A program made the translations under genes and the position numbers. A stretch of 62,947 nt of DNA, filler included, from Choristocarpus tenellus KU-1152 (lineage: Eukaryota > Protista > Phaeophyceae), in assembly GCA_964200185.2 (NCBI GenBank). It is 12 parts of 12 records of this genome, joined end to end, with 100 filler letters (N's around TTAATTAATTAA, not from the genome) between each part and the next. Parts side by side here need not be neighbours in the genome. Positions count along the whole stretch, not along the records: positions 1 to 3,603 come from CAXNAD020019007.1; positions 3,704 to 8,710 come from CAXNAD020012190.1; positions 8,811 to 13,916 come from CAXNAD020011853.1; 9 more parts are not named here. One strand, written 5' to 3'. The notes below the pieces were generated by a model. The model was not told the origin of the DNA and ran no database searches. It saw only the letters and a list, made by a program, of their open reading frames with translations. The stretch's first letter is position 1. Every line of letters begins with the position of its first letter. Below are positions 1 through 13,421 of the stretch, piece by piece.

Positions 1-440
1 TGAAAAAATTGGCCCCAAATGGACAACCGCTACCCCCCCCCGCCAGATACTTTGAGGCATCAATCCCCTTGGTCGACGCATCTTTTTAAACAGTACGATT
101 TGAAAGGAATGCAAAGTTTGCGACGCTAGACCAATGGAATAACTTCCTCTTTGTCACATCCACCCAATAGGATTCAAACCTAACCCTAACCCTAACCCTC
201 TAGTGCTGTGTTGCACTGATCAACGAGGTAGTGTATGCATGGAGTCCCTGTATGCTCGTGTTTGCTACATCAATCAATGTTTCATGTTTATTTTTGTATT
301 TTTAAATATACTTGCTACGCTTTGGTTCTTTTTCATTTTTTTGCTTTTTCTTTTTATTGTTACAATGCATTTTTTTCTTTGTTTTCCCTCTCTCTCTCTC
401 TCCCTCTCTCTCTCTCCCTCTCCCTCTCTTTCTTTTTCAG

Positions 441-640
441 GAAGTTTTGGAGAACGTCGCCAGAATGGCTCCCCTTCCGAAGTGCATTTCAAGACGGTTT
501 CAGCGCATTCGTGTGAAGGTGAGAGAGACGTTTTGGGATGAAGGACATTAAACAGTATCGAGGCGTATTCGTGGTAAGTAATGCTGTTGTGCTTTTGTAC
601 CTCATGTGCTCTAATGACTCCCCAAAGTGCTGCTCTTTAT

Positions 641-671
<31 letters not shown>

Positions 672-810
672 GGTGAGGGTTAAGGTTGTATTTTTACGCA
701 TGTTTTTTGTAAGGGTTTGGGGNNNNNNNNNNTTGTGTTTTGTTTTTTTGTTTTGTTTTTTTTTCTCTTTTCGGCTTGCTTCCCCCCCTTTTGGTTGTTT
801 TTTTTGTGGT

Positions 811-842
<32 letters not shown>

Positions 843-2305
843 GGGTTAAGGTTGTATTTTTACGCATGTATTTTGTAAGGGATTGGGGCTATTTTTTAAC
901 CAGTGTGTGTATTTTGTTAGGGTTAGGGTTAGTTTTTTTTTTTTTACGTTTTTTGTTGAATTAAGGGTTATAGGGTTCGTTTTGAGGTTGAGGTCGGTTT
1001 TTAACACGTGTGTTGCATTGAAAGGGTTTGGTCTGTTTTTCTTAATACCTAAAGCATGTTAGAGGTTGGGTTTATTTTCAAATTTTATGTATGTATCATA
1101 TTTTGGGGTTAGGGTTAAGTTTAGGGTTTACGATTTTGAGGCGAAGGTTTGTACTATAAAATAATAAGAATGTGTATGCTACGGGTGAGAAAATAATAAG
1201 AATAAAGTTTATATATAACCTTGGTGTTCTCCTTAGCACATACATTTGTCATGTGAATTGAAGGTTGAAGTTTATATCAATATATATATATATATTATGA
1301 GTGTATTTATTGCATGAAAGAGGTAACTCTTACTCACTGCACAAAAATAGGTTTTGATAAGAGTATTGGATGTTTCTACTGTCGTATGAAAGATAATGCC
1401 AATTCTGAGATGTGAGTAATTGTGGTTATTGTGTACCTTTGAAGGATCGCAAAAATATCTTCTTTTTTTTCTCTAATTTTTTTTTTTTTAATATATATAT
1501 GTTATTTGTACGTCTGTGTGGTACATGGACGTTTATGTAATCATTTTTTTTTGTTCACCTTGGCTACTTTTTTTTGTTTGAATATGAGAACTTTAAGACT
1601 ATTATACTTTTTTCCTTTTTTTTTCTTTCTCCCTTGGTACTTTTACTTTGTACTTTTATTTCATACTTATACTTCATACTTATACTTCATACTTTTACTC
1701 CATATTTTTACTACATACTTTTACTTAATACTTATACTTCATACTTATACTCCATATTTTTACTACGTACTTTTACTTAATACTTATACTTCATACTTTT
1801 ACTCCATATTTTTACTACGTACTTTTACTTCATACTTACACTTCGTACTTTTACTTCATACTTTTTTTATAACTGACTTTTGATGGGTAAATTTGATATA
1901 TATGTAGGTGCCGTTCTGTCTCCGTCTGGCCTCTCTCCCTCTTTTTTTTCTTTCTTCTCTTTAGTGAATAATATAATGTACTATTTGATTTCATTTTTAT
2001 TTTTTTAAGAATTAAAATAAAATTCTATATATATAACTTCTTGCTGTTCTGTCTCCGTATCCCTTCTCTCCAATATTTTTCTTCACTTTAGTGAATAATA
2101 TTTAAGTATTTGGTTTCATTTTGTGTTTTTAAGAATGAAAAAAACTATGCATATGTGTATATATATATATATGTATGTTCTGTTTTGTGAGGTGGTACGA
2201 GAGCTGGTGAGAGGAGCCCTGGCAGGATCAGCCAAGCTTCCTCTGCAGAAGGCGGAGGAGGTGGAAGCTGCCATTTTTTCACTCTGTGGGGGGGGTGTTA
2301 GCAAG
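441..2305 (+). CDS. Partial gene, two phase-0 exons (441-518, 2192-2305), TFIIS central (M) domain-like protein
   Basis: Splice sites tttcag|GAA, AAG|gtgaga, ttgtgag|GTG, AAG|gtttgg. Joined peptide EVLENVARMAPLPKCISRRFQRIRVK-VVRELVRGALAGSAKLPLQKAEEVEAAIFSLCGGGVSK fits the TFIIS-M pattern (R.kv.e.l..aL....A.eiE.aif). The second acceptor (GAG) is weak. Confidence 0.5.
1638..1863. repeat. Degenerate tandem repeat built from TACTTT/TACTTCA/TACTTA units (intronic)
   Basis: Visible 6-7 nt periodicity with a longer higher-order duplication. Confidence 0.9.
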
Positions 2306-2439
2306 GTTTGGTTAATACACGGTTAGAACAATTTAATGAAAAAAAGAAATAAAAAATGTGCAGCGAGGTGTTATTTGAATGAAAACAGTTGGAAGGCGAT
2401 GAGATACTCTTCTTTTTTTTTATTCGGCCCTTTTTTTTT

Positions 2440-2501
<62 letters not shown>

Positions 2502-3276
2502 CAGGANNNNNCCCCCCCCTTTCTGTTTGCTTTCATTTTTTGTTTGTTTTTGTTGTCCTAGAGTAGAGTCACGATTTTTTTTTTCTTGTGGAAGTATTTT
2601 TTTAAATCATTTTCAATTAAAAAAAAAAGTATTGTGTGTAGAGAGAAAAACTGGAAAAGTTTTTTGTTTTATTTGGTGGGTTTTGTTCATTGATTTTAAT
2701 ATAGGTCTGTCTTTGGCACTACTAGAGTCTGTACCTCTCAGGGTTTCATTTTTTTTGTAGCGTAATGGAATCGCTCTGTGGCACTCTGTAGCGTCACAGA
2801 GCTCCCCTGCAGTGTCAATAGGCGTCTCTCTTCTTTTTTCAGAGCTTTTGTTGTCACATTTTAATCTTAGCTTAGTGATGAAATCATTCTGTAGCGCTTT
2901 GTAGTACCACAGAGCTTCCCTGTGGTGGTAATCTGGTGCTGACTTCTTTAAATAATTTTAATTTTTTGTCCTGCCTCTGCAATACATGTGCCCTTGAAAC
3001 CCTCAAACTAATGTAGAGTATCTTGGTAAAGTAATAATATAGGAGCATTATTTTAAAGGATATTTATTCTATTTTTTACAGGACCTCATACTGCTGTCAT
3101 ACATTCATATGCTCCCGAGTAAAAAACTACAATTGTATTTTTTATTTTGTAAATTTATGTAGTATGTAAGAAATTGTAGTTACCATACCTGTACTGCTTG
3201 AAGTTAGGAAATATTTATCGTGCTAGTAGTTATAGCAATAGTAAGAATATTAGTAGTAGTAGTAGTAGTAGTAGTA

Positions 3277-3603
3277 GTACCTCTGTGCCATAAGTTTGTG
3301 CCATGAAACATCTTGGCTGGTCCAGCGAGAACGGCGTCGAATCGAACGGTAACCCCACAGAATGAAATTGGGTTGACAGAATGAAATTGGGTTGACAGAA
3401 TGAAATTGGGTTGACAGAATGAAATTGGGTTGACAGAATGAAATTGGGTTGACAATCTCAGCTTTCAGAAAAAGTGGGGTTCGAGGATCATCAGGTACAA
3501 ACTGGAGGTGCTTTAAGCCGTCAAAGTAGGGGTCTTTTGGGTGATTTTGAGGCCAGAACTGGGCATGTCGAGGCTCAGAAGCGTTGGCATGGCAACCCCC
3601 CCC
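3277..3603 (+). mobile_element. Probable left end of a Stowaway/DD39D-mariner-related element containing a 19-bp minisatellite
   Basis: TA-GTACCTCTGTGCCATAAGT at 3275 nearly matches the reverse complement of the mariner right end near 10019-10039 (TA-CTACCTCTGTGCCGTAAGT). Confidence 0.55.
3357..3454. repeat. Perfect tandem repeat (ACAGAATGAAATTGGGTTG) x5
   Basis: Five identical 19-nt units with no spacers. Confidence 0.97.
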
Positions 3604-5134
3604 NNNNNNNNNNNNNNNNNNNNNNNNNNNNNNNNNNNNNNNNNNNNTTAATTAATTAANNNNNNNNNNNNNNNNNNNNNNNNNNNNNNNNNNNNNNNNN
3701 NNNCAGAAGAAGCCAAGCCCCACAAACGGACAAACAGGGAAAAATTCGTACCCTCTAAGATAGTTTCACTCTTGTGTTCTATTATTAATAGGTCACTCAA
3801 GTGAGTAAAAAAAAGGACAGGAAATAACAGTAAGGTGGAGTGATTCATGTACACGTCTCTCTATACTCTTCTATATTGAATTGAAAAAAAGAACTGCCGA
3901 CTTGGGACATCAATAAGGTATGCATGACTGTCCAAGACAATAGATTTCATTATACAGTCATAAGTCACTTCCATACCTTGCCACCATACATCCTTTCCAG
4001 TTATAGATATCGAAATTTCTTGAAAAAATCTGTGGCCCACCAAACACTGCCCTGAATATTTCCTTCGCTATGATGGAGAGGTCTACCATGCTATTCCTAT
4101 GTGCTTCTTGCAAAACAAGCATACATGTATGGGGTGAAAAGTAACTCCAATCAGCAACGTTATCAATGACTCTTAACATGTTGCTATTCGAGTAGGAAAT
4201 CTTTCTACGGTAGTAATTTGACATCTTGAACTTTCCTCAAAATAAAAACAAGAATTAAAAAACCTGGAACCATGAGCTGTCTCATAGATTCAGAGAAATC
4301 AAATTTACCTTTGAACAAATACTACAAGAGTACTACTTTAGCTGCCAAACTGTGGGGACTGGAAGCAGCACTCACGAAGTGGTGTAGCTTGTACTACTGT
4401 AGCAACACAATAGTCAACACATGAAAACAAAAACACTGAAGCATTCACAGCCAACTGCTGGCCATCTGGATGCGCAACTGTTCTGCTGATGTCTTGATAC
4501 TGCTCGGATGATGTGTTATTCATACCCTGTTGATTTTCAACGTGGAACTACTTCTGAGCTAGTATACATACCATATGGTGGTTGAACAAGATGTTATCAT
4601 TTTACTCGTGAAAATAGTCCCCACAAATCTCAAGTACCTATTCCTTGATTGACGGGTCAGAAGGGACATGATGCCCACCTGCCAAAACATGGAAGTGGTC
4701 ATGAGCTTTTGTTGTGGAATGCCCAGTTTTGATGAAGTACAAACTATTTACATGCACAACATCTTAAAGGGTGGTGGGAGGGGAAATAAATTGAAACAAT
4801 ACAACTAAAATTGACATTCCCATCTCAAAATTAAACTTCGAAACGCCAAATATATGTATGTTTGAGTAGTTTGATTGTAGTATGAAATGCACCGAAAAAT
4901 GAACACCCACCTCATGAAATTATGTGCCTGGCAGAGTGTCACTTTGAAGTCATTCATTTGACCTCTTATCACAAGCAACTCCTATATTCCACATCAATCA
5001 TCCAAGCTAACCTCCCCCTGAGGATCAAGATCCTCACTCCAAAGTCAAAGGGTTAGCTTTTCTGTACCTTGGGGACAAAATCGAAAGCACTCCTAGTATC
5101 AGGATTATCCTCCTGCCCCTCCCCAGTTTCTCAC

Positions 5135-7433
5135 CCTCTTGTGTTTCCTCTTCAAGTACAACGGTTTGGTTGGAAGAGTTCCCCCTGCATCTCTTACAGT
5201 CAGTACCTTCTTCACCCGAGCCCACACCTGATTATAACACGCAGCAAGAGGTTAGGGTTTGAGTTAGAGAGTGTCGAATTTGTTGTGCACTGATACAGTA
5301 GTCAGACTAGTTATCCACAACTGCGAACAACAGCCAAACATAGTATTATCCATCAGTCAGGAAACACACTGTCCTGAATACTCATCGGCCCAAGTCCACT
5401 TAGTCAAAATAAGCATATATTGAAAAGGGATTAAGAATGTAGAGCACCATGTTTGCCAGCAGGAAGATCGTTCGCCCAAACCAATGATCATAGCAAATAA
5501 CACTTACAACATACGCTCACTTGTAACATTTACAGCTATGCCACACATAGAATCATGAGAACTTGAAACAATGCAACTATGCCTCTCTCTACAACAGCCC
5601 AAAGATGACTCCACTCAGAAGATCATACAAGCGTACTGTTCCACCACATACCTACTCCGTATCACCACTGCAGACAACTTTGACCTTGAAGCAATTTGCC
5701 TACTATAGGAAGTGTTCATTGAAGTGTTGCATTGACAATTTGTACAGGTACTGATGCAGCACAAAATATTATACATATCATAGCGCTTAACTAGTTTACG
5801 GCAGATATCACAGATAAACCAAAAGCTACTTCCTTCGAAAAGGAGTCATTTCCCTGTCACACAAGACATCAAATCACAAACCCCATAGAGCTAGCAATAG
5901 TTGGTCCACTGCAGACCCCGAGCACAATGCTACGTTTCAAGCACTGTAGTGTATGCAATACAGGAACCGCACTGTTCGCTTGGCCCCATTTTTTCAATTA
6001 ACTTAGGTGGTATCTTGTATCACAAGACGCAGTGCCAGCTACACCCATCATGTAGAAGAAAAACAGTTTGAAGCAAATGAACATCTGCCAAGCAATAGCA
6101 ATTAACACCAGGTTGTGTTGGGTAGTACAACAATAGTAAAAACATTCAATCTCACCTCCAAACGTGTTGAGGCGCTGTTGTAGAACTTTTAAAGTGCAAA
6201 ATATAGGGTGTTAACCAAGTGCTTTACAACACACCTCTTCAGGATCTGGTCGCGATATAGTTCCCTGCAGTTTGAAAAATCCAAACACACTGTTCCATGC
6301 AAACACTGTCCTTGGCGCCTCCCTCACCACCCCCCCGCTCCTGACCACTACAGCTAATGCTGGACGGACCATGCCCTTAGTGCAACTCTTGGACCGATCT
6401 TCTATTACCGCCCCCAGTCCGAAAATAGCATTAAGATGTACCACCTGCCCAGATGAAACGAGAAAACAATAGGAGGGGGGGGAATAAGGATGACAATGGG
6501 GTAAGGGGCAAAGGGGGCGAAGATTAGATTAGCAAGGCAGGTGTTCGATAGAATAAGTAAAGACTACATAGAGTATGTCACACTGGAAATGTTGCTGCAT
6601 GCCACTGAGGGAATACACACACAAAAGTCTTGCCGTGGAGAAAAACGACTTTCATAAGAAGGGATGACTGAGAGCCAGGGAGAGATGATGGTGACAAGTA
6701 GTGGGAGTAGAAATGGTGATTGAGAGTAATCTTATACAAGTAGACTTACTGCACTGTTGGAGGGGTCTCCGTACACAAAGTAGGATAATCCGCATTTCTT
6801 CTTAACCTCGTCTGCCCGTTCCTGGATCAAGAAAGAATGAGACGGGGTGATGTTAGGGGCTGGTACAATTTCAAAACGTTGTAAAGTGAGCAACGTTTAA
6901 GGCTGACAAAACAGCAGGCAATAGGAACTCGATCTTGCAGTATTGACAATGTAAGTATCACACGTCTATCTGACACTTTGAGTATCCTGTTTCATGAAAT
7001 GTCTTCACGCAAAGAGTGCAAAGGTTGAACACTAATCAAACTTTATGATCGTATGGAGATATTATGTTTTACTTGTGTAACGTAAGCGCAGAACCCTTAA
7101 ACTTCAATTCGAAAAATAAACAACAGCTACCTACTGTGCTGAAGTCGTCGAGTTCTACCATGTATTGAGTTGTCAGCTAGCGAGGTATGTTTCATAGTCA
7201 AGGTCCACCACCTGTGATTGAGAGGTAATCGCAAAGATTTCTCCTCCATTAGCCCTCACATCTTGCACAAGATCCTCTAGACGCTCGAGGAAGTCCTTAT
7301 CCAAGTCGACCCTTACGTCATGGGGAATGGGAGGTGTATCAGCTTGTTGCGTGTAAGGTGTACCAGACATGAAAGGCCTGTCTGGCCCTCTATGGGACCA
7401 TGTTGGAGTTCGGTCGACCTCGGAGAAGCAGTC
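5135..7433 (-). CDS. Peroxiredoxin-like (AhpC/TSA, thioredoxin-fold) protein; exons 7433-7212, 6821-6750, 6444-6235, 5227-5135; termini uncertain
   Basis: Four phase-0 exons with AG/GT borders join to ...DKDFLERLEDLVQDVRANGGEIFAITSQSQ-ERADEVKKKCGLSYFVYGDPSNSA-VVHLNAIFGLG...GMVRPALAVVVRSGGVV...VFAW...GTISRPDPEE-VWARVKKVL. The helix-G-strand-AITS, F...DP.N, P...V...G.V and RP...V motifs are redoxin-like. Confidence 0.75.
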
Positions 7434-8534
7434 CTACCATGTCAGCGAACATAGCTAAAAAAAACATTGACATATCCACACTGAACAGGTAGGCAACTAC
7501 GGGATTGCTCCCTTTCCTTCTTCGGTGTTTTCATCATCGACAGGATGCTCTCTACAACTTGAAGCACTATCTGGCGTTCGGTTCGACAGGTGCTCGCGTT
7601 TTCAACGGAAGAGAAAACTAGAAATCACACTAGAAATCGGAAAAACATCTTGGGAGGAAAAAAAAGCGTGTAGAATTTCGGTGTCGTGTGGGTGAGGAGG
7701 GTGTAGGGAAGGATACGATGCGCTGTAATACGTTGGTGTTAAGAGTGTATGGTAGGGGACCTGTACAATGGAGACCAAAGGGACGGCAGTCGTTCAAGTC
7801 ACATACTACCATTCAAGTCATACTTTCAGGATATGATGCTTTGGGAGCTTCCAACCTCCAAAGCAAGACCAGCAATTTATAATGCTATGACTATCACTAA
7901 TATGATGCATGTGAACTGATCATTTTATGATTTTCGGCTTCTTACAGTCTGTGTAGGTGAATTAAAACAAGCCCAGGTTGGACATCCTGCTCTCACCAGT
8001 AACCGACCCTGAAGGTTGTAATTACAATAAGAATGTTGCTTGACACAGCAGCATGTATACTGTCGACTATGTCATCCGCATGCTGCAATTCGTCATCCCT
8101 TTGTCTCAACTTTCCCCCAGGTATGGCTGGCTCTCTAATTTTGAGGTGGTTACATCCAGGGACATGCCCAAAAACAGTCATCAGAAGATTAGCCTATCCG
8201 TACAGACTCTGCAGGTCGAGGTGAAAACTGATGCTAAGATCAAGGACAAACAAGAGTGACAAATCAATATGACCTTGAAAAGGTGAGCGGTGTCCATATC
8301 TGCACTAGCGAGTTTCGTTTTGTGTTAACAGTAACAATTTTGTTTCGTCAGTGAACTTCAAATGTCAGAATATTGTAGTGATAGAATACTAAATATTCTA
8401 TTTGTATTATTGGAATTAATGTTCTTCACATTTGTAAGTCATCTAATAGTTTAGACTAATATGAAAATGGTACGTTAATTATACCGCCAGAGCCGTAACC
8501 ATAGAGGTGTAGACCGTAGAATATAAGTAACTTA

Positions 8535-8710
8535 CAGTACCTACCCCGATTTTGTTCACCCATGGGTATGCCCAAAAAAAGCGGCACACAATATATATGG
8601 TATAATATCAATTTTGCAGGGTTAGGGTTAGCTGGGAATCAATCGTCGAAGCGACTGATTAATCGTGGTGAGCTGGGAAAACAATCGGCGAAGCGACTGA
8701 TTAATCGTGG
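8535..8710 (+). mobile_element. Tc1/pogo-type MITE terminus with internal TTAGGG and a ~42-bp tandem unit; second copy at 51249-51311 (minus)
   Basis: Both copies start TA|CAGTACCTAC(C/A)CCGATTTTGT and share GTTAGCTGGGAATCAATCGTCGAAGC; both run into contig ends. Confidence 0.65.
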
Positions 8711-8810
8711 NNNNNNNNNNNNNNNNNNNNNNNNNNNNNNNNNNNNNNNNNNNNTTAATTAATTAANNNNNNNNNNNNNNNNNNNNNNNNNNNNNNNNNN
8801 NNNNNNNNNN

Positions 8811-10037
8811 GTGGCGGCACGTGGTGGGCGGCCTTCAGAGCTCACACCGACCAAGATGGCCACTAGTATCAACTCCGGTAATCAGTCATCCACAGTACAC
8901 CAGGTGACAATGAAGATGGCCGCCAAGGGGCTGAATTATAGCACGAGCACCATAAAAAGGTGGTTGGATGATGTGGGGTTCATGCCAAATTGCTGCTGGA
9001 TCAAACCCAAGCTTAAATCGTGGCAAAAAGTATGGAGAATGAACTTTGCTTGCGATCAAGTGGACCAGAAACATGGTGTTTACGCCTCCATGGTGAACAC
9101 AATTCATGTGGATGAAACCTGTTTTTACGTGATGGCTGATGGGGAAAGGGTTAGGGTATTTCTGGATGAGGATGATAGCGACCTTCCAAGGTCCTCTACT
9201 GTGCCGCACAAGAGTCATATCCCCCAAACCATCATCATTGCAGGCAACGCCCACCCAGATTCGGCTCACAGCTTTGATAGAAAGCTTTGCGTTTGGCGTG
9301 TGTGTGTGTGCCAAAAACGGCATACAGGACAAGCAAGAACCATAAAAGGGGGGATGTGTATGAGCAGGACTGTACTTTAGACCATTTGTGGTGCAGGAAG
9401 TGGTAAACAGAGAAGTTACTGCCTGCAATCAAGATCAAGATGCCTTGGTTACAGGGGAAGCATGTTGTCGTTCAGCAAGACGGTGCCATCTCCCTCCCCC
9501 ACACGGACAAGGGCAACTCAGAAATCTTGTCAGGGGCAGGGAAGACTGAGGGGTGGTCGATAGGCTTGTGATGCAGCCATCTAACTTCCCCGACCTCAAT
9601 ATCATGGACCCGTGCTTCTTCAGGTCTTTGAAATGCCAGGTGATGGGGGAGCGGTTAGGGTCCGTCAAGGAGATGGTGAAGGTTATGAAGAAACAGGATG
9701 AGGAATATGATGAGAACATACTTGAGAGGGCTTGGCAGCTGCTTTTTGTGGTGTACAATCAAGTACTTAGACACAAAGGGGAGAATGACTTCAGTGTGGA
9801 GCACACAGGTGTAAGGAAGAGGTAGGTGTCTGGTGAGGTTGAAAACATGCCGAAGGTAGACATGGAGGCTTTTTCTGTAACTGATAAAATTGTTGTGGAT
9901 AGGGAGTAGTAATAATAAAAAGAGCTGACCCCAACCAGAAATTCATCAAGGATTCCAAATCTTCTTTCAGAAATGAAATCCATCAACATCTTCAAATGGT
10001 ATGGACAACGCAGCACAGACTTACGGCACAGAGGTAG
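8811..10037 (+). mobile_element. Decayed DD39D (plant/oomycete-type) mariner transposase with right TIR
   Basis: Motifs IHVDETCFY, TVPHKSHIP, FDRKLCVW, VVQQDGA and QPSNFPDLNIMDPCFFRSLK across frameshifts; ends ...GGCACAGAGGTAG|TA (Stowaway-like TIR plus TA). Confidence 0.9.
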
Positions 10038-10559
10038 TATTATTATTACTAATGGCTATGCTGATGCTGATTATGGCTATTGAAGGGAGAGCATTTCGCC
10101 CATTCTGGGAGATGTTGCGATGTTTGGGAGGATAAGTGGACTGGTGGTACAAAAGCAGAGAACATTTGGACTGGGTACTGCTGAGGCCGAGTGAGCTGCA
10201 TTGATGGAGTTTGGTAAGGAGGTGATGTCCCTGAACCACATGCACATGTTCATGAAATCACTTCAGAGGGATTGCTCTGTAGTGCACAAACGGCTTCATT
10301 GCAGAGTCCGGGCATACCATAATCTACAATCTAGAGCCACACTCATTTCTACCATGCCAATTACAGTAGCTCTTACATGGGGTCCAAAATCACTGTTGAC
10401 TCTTAGCATGATACAACACATACATGTACCAAACAAAGACATTTTACAGACTACATACACACCACAATATCTCACTGCACTAGGCACCAGAAAACATGCC
10501 TACAAACCTCACCACACCCACTGTATCCCAATACCGTACCACACCATAAAGCACCGCAC

Positions 10560-10715
10560 CTCCTCCAGCTCTGGGCACCCAGTCACCAGCCCCGTGACGC
10601 CATAGTCTGTAATCAAGCCACACCAGGAGAAATCAACCCACTCCAACAGGCAGCAATTCTTTGACAACGCATCCAGCGAGAGGTCCGTCACCTGCAAGCC
10701 AAGGGAAAGAAAAAC

Positions 10716-10766
<51 letters not shown>

Positions 10767-13421
10767 GAGGTCGGCGGGACAGGCTTGGTTGTATACGTTA
10801 CCTGGCGGCAGTGCAGTGACAGTTATCTCATTTGTCACTTCAAACAAATGTAGAAAAAAATATGACCAGGTGGGAACAGAGGAGAAACAGTCTCTTCACG
10901 CCTGCCAGACACACTTACCCTAACCCTAACCTCAAGATCGGTTGGAGTAAGTCCATTAATACATACACCATACAGACCGAAACATAGGTTATCCACTCTC
11001 CTACCCCGGACATCTCTTCTCAACCCGCATGCCCCCACGTCACCACTTACAGCAAACAAAAAGACGCAGAAAATCAACCAGTGCCTATTTGTGAACGAAA
11101 CATGGCCTGGTGAGTCACTTCTTCTGTGCTCCCGACCTAGACTGTAACACTATCATTTTTACTCCTCCTTCATCCAGAGGAAAGGAGTAGCTCTGCCAAG
11201 CATCCATAAAACCTTTGCCACACAGCATACAGCGTGGGGAGACCTGTAAGGGGACCTCTGCGAAGTGTGCCGACGAAGGCACAGTGGTGCACAGTGTTGA
11301 GTGCTTCCTACCCATCAAAATGATAAATGCCCATTCTCCACACTCGTGGCATAGGAAAATAAATGTCCAGAGGGACTCACTTCACCCTGTCAAGAACACC
11401 ACGGCCTACGCTAGCCATGCCCCCCCGTTGCTGCTCCAAATATGGACACCAGTCAGATCAGGACGTCAAGCCACATATGCCCTCCTCAACAAAGAACCAC
11501 AGGCTACTGAGTACCATTATTCACATATGGCAGAGGGTTTTAAAAGGCTTTACAGAGCCTCCAAAACTCAGGCGGGAGGGAGTCTGGCGATGTCTACATC
11601 ACTTCCCAAAGCTTGGTGAAAACGTTTCGTACGACTTCATGGCCAATGACTGTGGTGATGGCTGAGCAGTTGTGGTCAAGGTAAACACCATCAGGGCCTG
11701 GGGTAGAGTTGCTGTTCTCCCACATGAAAGTCATGTACAAGTGAGGGAGGGGTGTATTCCCTTCCTAGAGGGAAGTACTGCCATCCCCTTGATCTCTCTG
11801 CAGTGTTCTTCATAATTGCCTGCCTGAGGACATACAGATTTTCCGTGGGGTGCTTAAATTAAAGACAAGCAACTCAAAAGTAGTCTCATTTCCTGGAGAG
11901 CTAAGCCAGGAGGACACCTGATGCCCCGGAGATACTCCCATGATGGTCACTGAGTGCAGCTGCCTCCTGCAAACTGGAAGCCTAGTCCTCTCCTATGGAT
12001 TCCCAGCACCAATTTACCCCCTGCACTCACTACAGGAGTCCTTGGCCACCGTGGTGATGGTGGCCTGCCCCAGAAAATTCTGTTATCACGGAACAGTAAA
12101 AGGCTTGAGGTGACTCCCAGAGGCTTGGAAGGGTCTAGCGAGCCCTGGGAAATCATGTCCCCTCATTAGGTAGGGTCACTGACTTCATGCAGTAGGAGTT
12201 TGTAGAGACAAATGAGAATGTTTGCATGAGCCATAGGGAGCCTGCTAGGGATGTCCCAGTTTCAAAATCTTGCTGTCCAAGGCCATCCATCACCAACTCA
12301 TCCTCTGACAGGAACCCTGGATAACATGCCAATGTATGAACTAGGTTGTGTGCAATTTGCAACTAACAAGGACATCACCTAGCAGATACAGCAAAATCCA
12401 TACACACATCCTCTCATACACATCTGCAAACTCCTCCTAGAAGAGACCAGTGCCCCTACCCTAGGAGGGAAAACAACACCCCCATCTCAAGGGCCCCCTT
12501 AAGCTTCCAAGCTCCAGCAAAAATCACATTGGACCTTTCACTGTCCAATGATGTTAAATTTCCTACCGAGCAAGATGGCTGTCGGCATTGGAGTCCATGT
12601 AGAAATGGCACAATCTGTAAGTAAATAACTTTCAATGGTCGCACTTCACTAAGCACAGTTCTAATGTGTATCAAGAAAAACGGCGGTGGCAATACAGTAC
12701 CTGCCAGTCTCTGCCAACCAAAAGACTCCCTTACACGAAAAGTTGACAAACATTGTACACCTCATCATATGTTCTTAGCGGTCAAGGGATGGACAGGTAT
12801 GTGGCAGTCATGATATTGAACAACACTGCACCAAGCTTAAATAAAATTTAAAAAACGGTTTGATGTAGGCTGCAATCATCACACAACAAATCCCATCGCA
12901 ACTTCTCAGTGGAAGAGATAACCACCATCTCTTAACAGTCTCTTAAATCGCTGAACTCTACGTAGAACAAAAAAAAATCTTTAAAAAAGGAAACTTTGGA
13001 GTGCATCAAATGACAACCTTTTTTCAGAATATTTATTTTCTTCCCCTCCTGTCTATACAGGCCTTCCTCTATTTCTCACCAGACCACAGTTCCCCAGACC
13101 CACAGCACGCAACATACAGCAACGCCTTGTCAGTTCACGGACACCCTCATCGGTCACCAGCAGGCAGTTCTCAAGGTGCACAGACTCCAGGCCATTAAAG
13201 CAACCTACACGGGCCAATCCCACATCCGTGAGCCCCACGCAACAACCCATATTCACATGGCGAAGGGGGGGGAGCCAGTCAGGCCTTGCCCCTGTCCCCG
13301 CAGTCCTGGGAGTGGGTGTCCCTCCCTCTCCTTGTACTACATCTCTCTCTCCCACACATTCCATCAAGGCCACTGTTGCAGGAGCTGCAGCAGAGCCGAC
13401 ACGTTCTACAAGTGGAAGCCC
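10560..13421 (-). CDS. Partial gene, cysteine-containing LRR protein (FBXL/AMN1-type repeats); exons 13421-13080 and 10691-10560
   Basis: LRHVNMGCCVGLTDVGL, LESVHLENCLLVTDEGV, LRAVGLGNCGL-VTDLSL, LEWVDFSWCGLITDYGV; canonical phase-0 splice sites. Confidence 0.88.

Noticed and set aside
3357-3454. CRISPR-like array (also 45513-45735 and 8630-8710)
   Set aside because: The units are contiguous with no unique spacers, no cas genes are present, and the context is eukaryotic.
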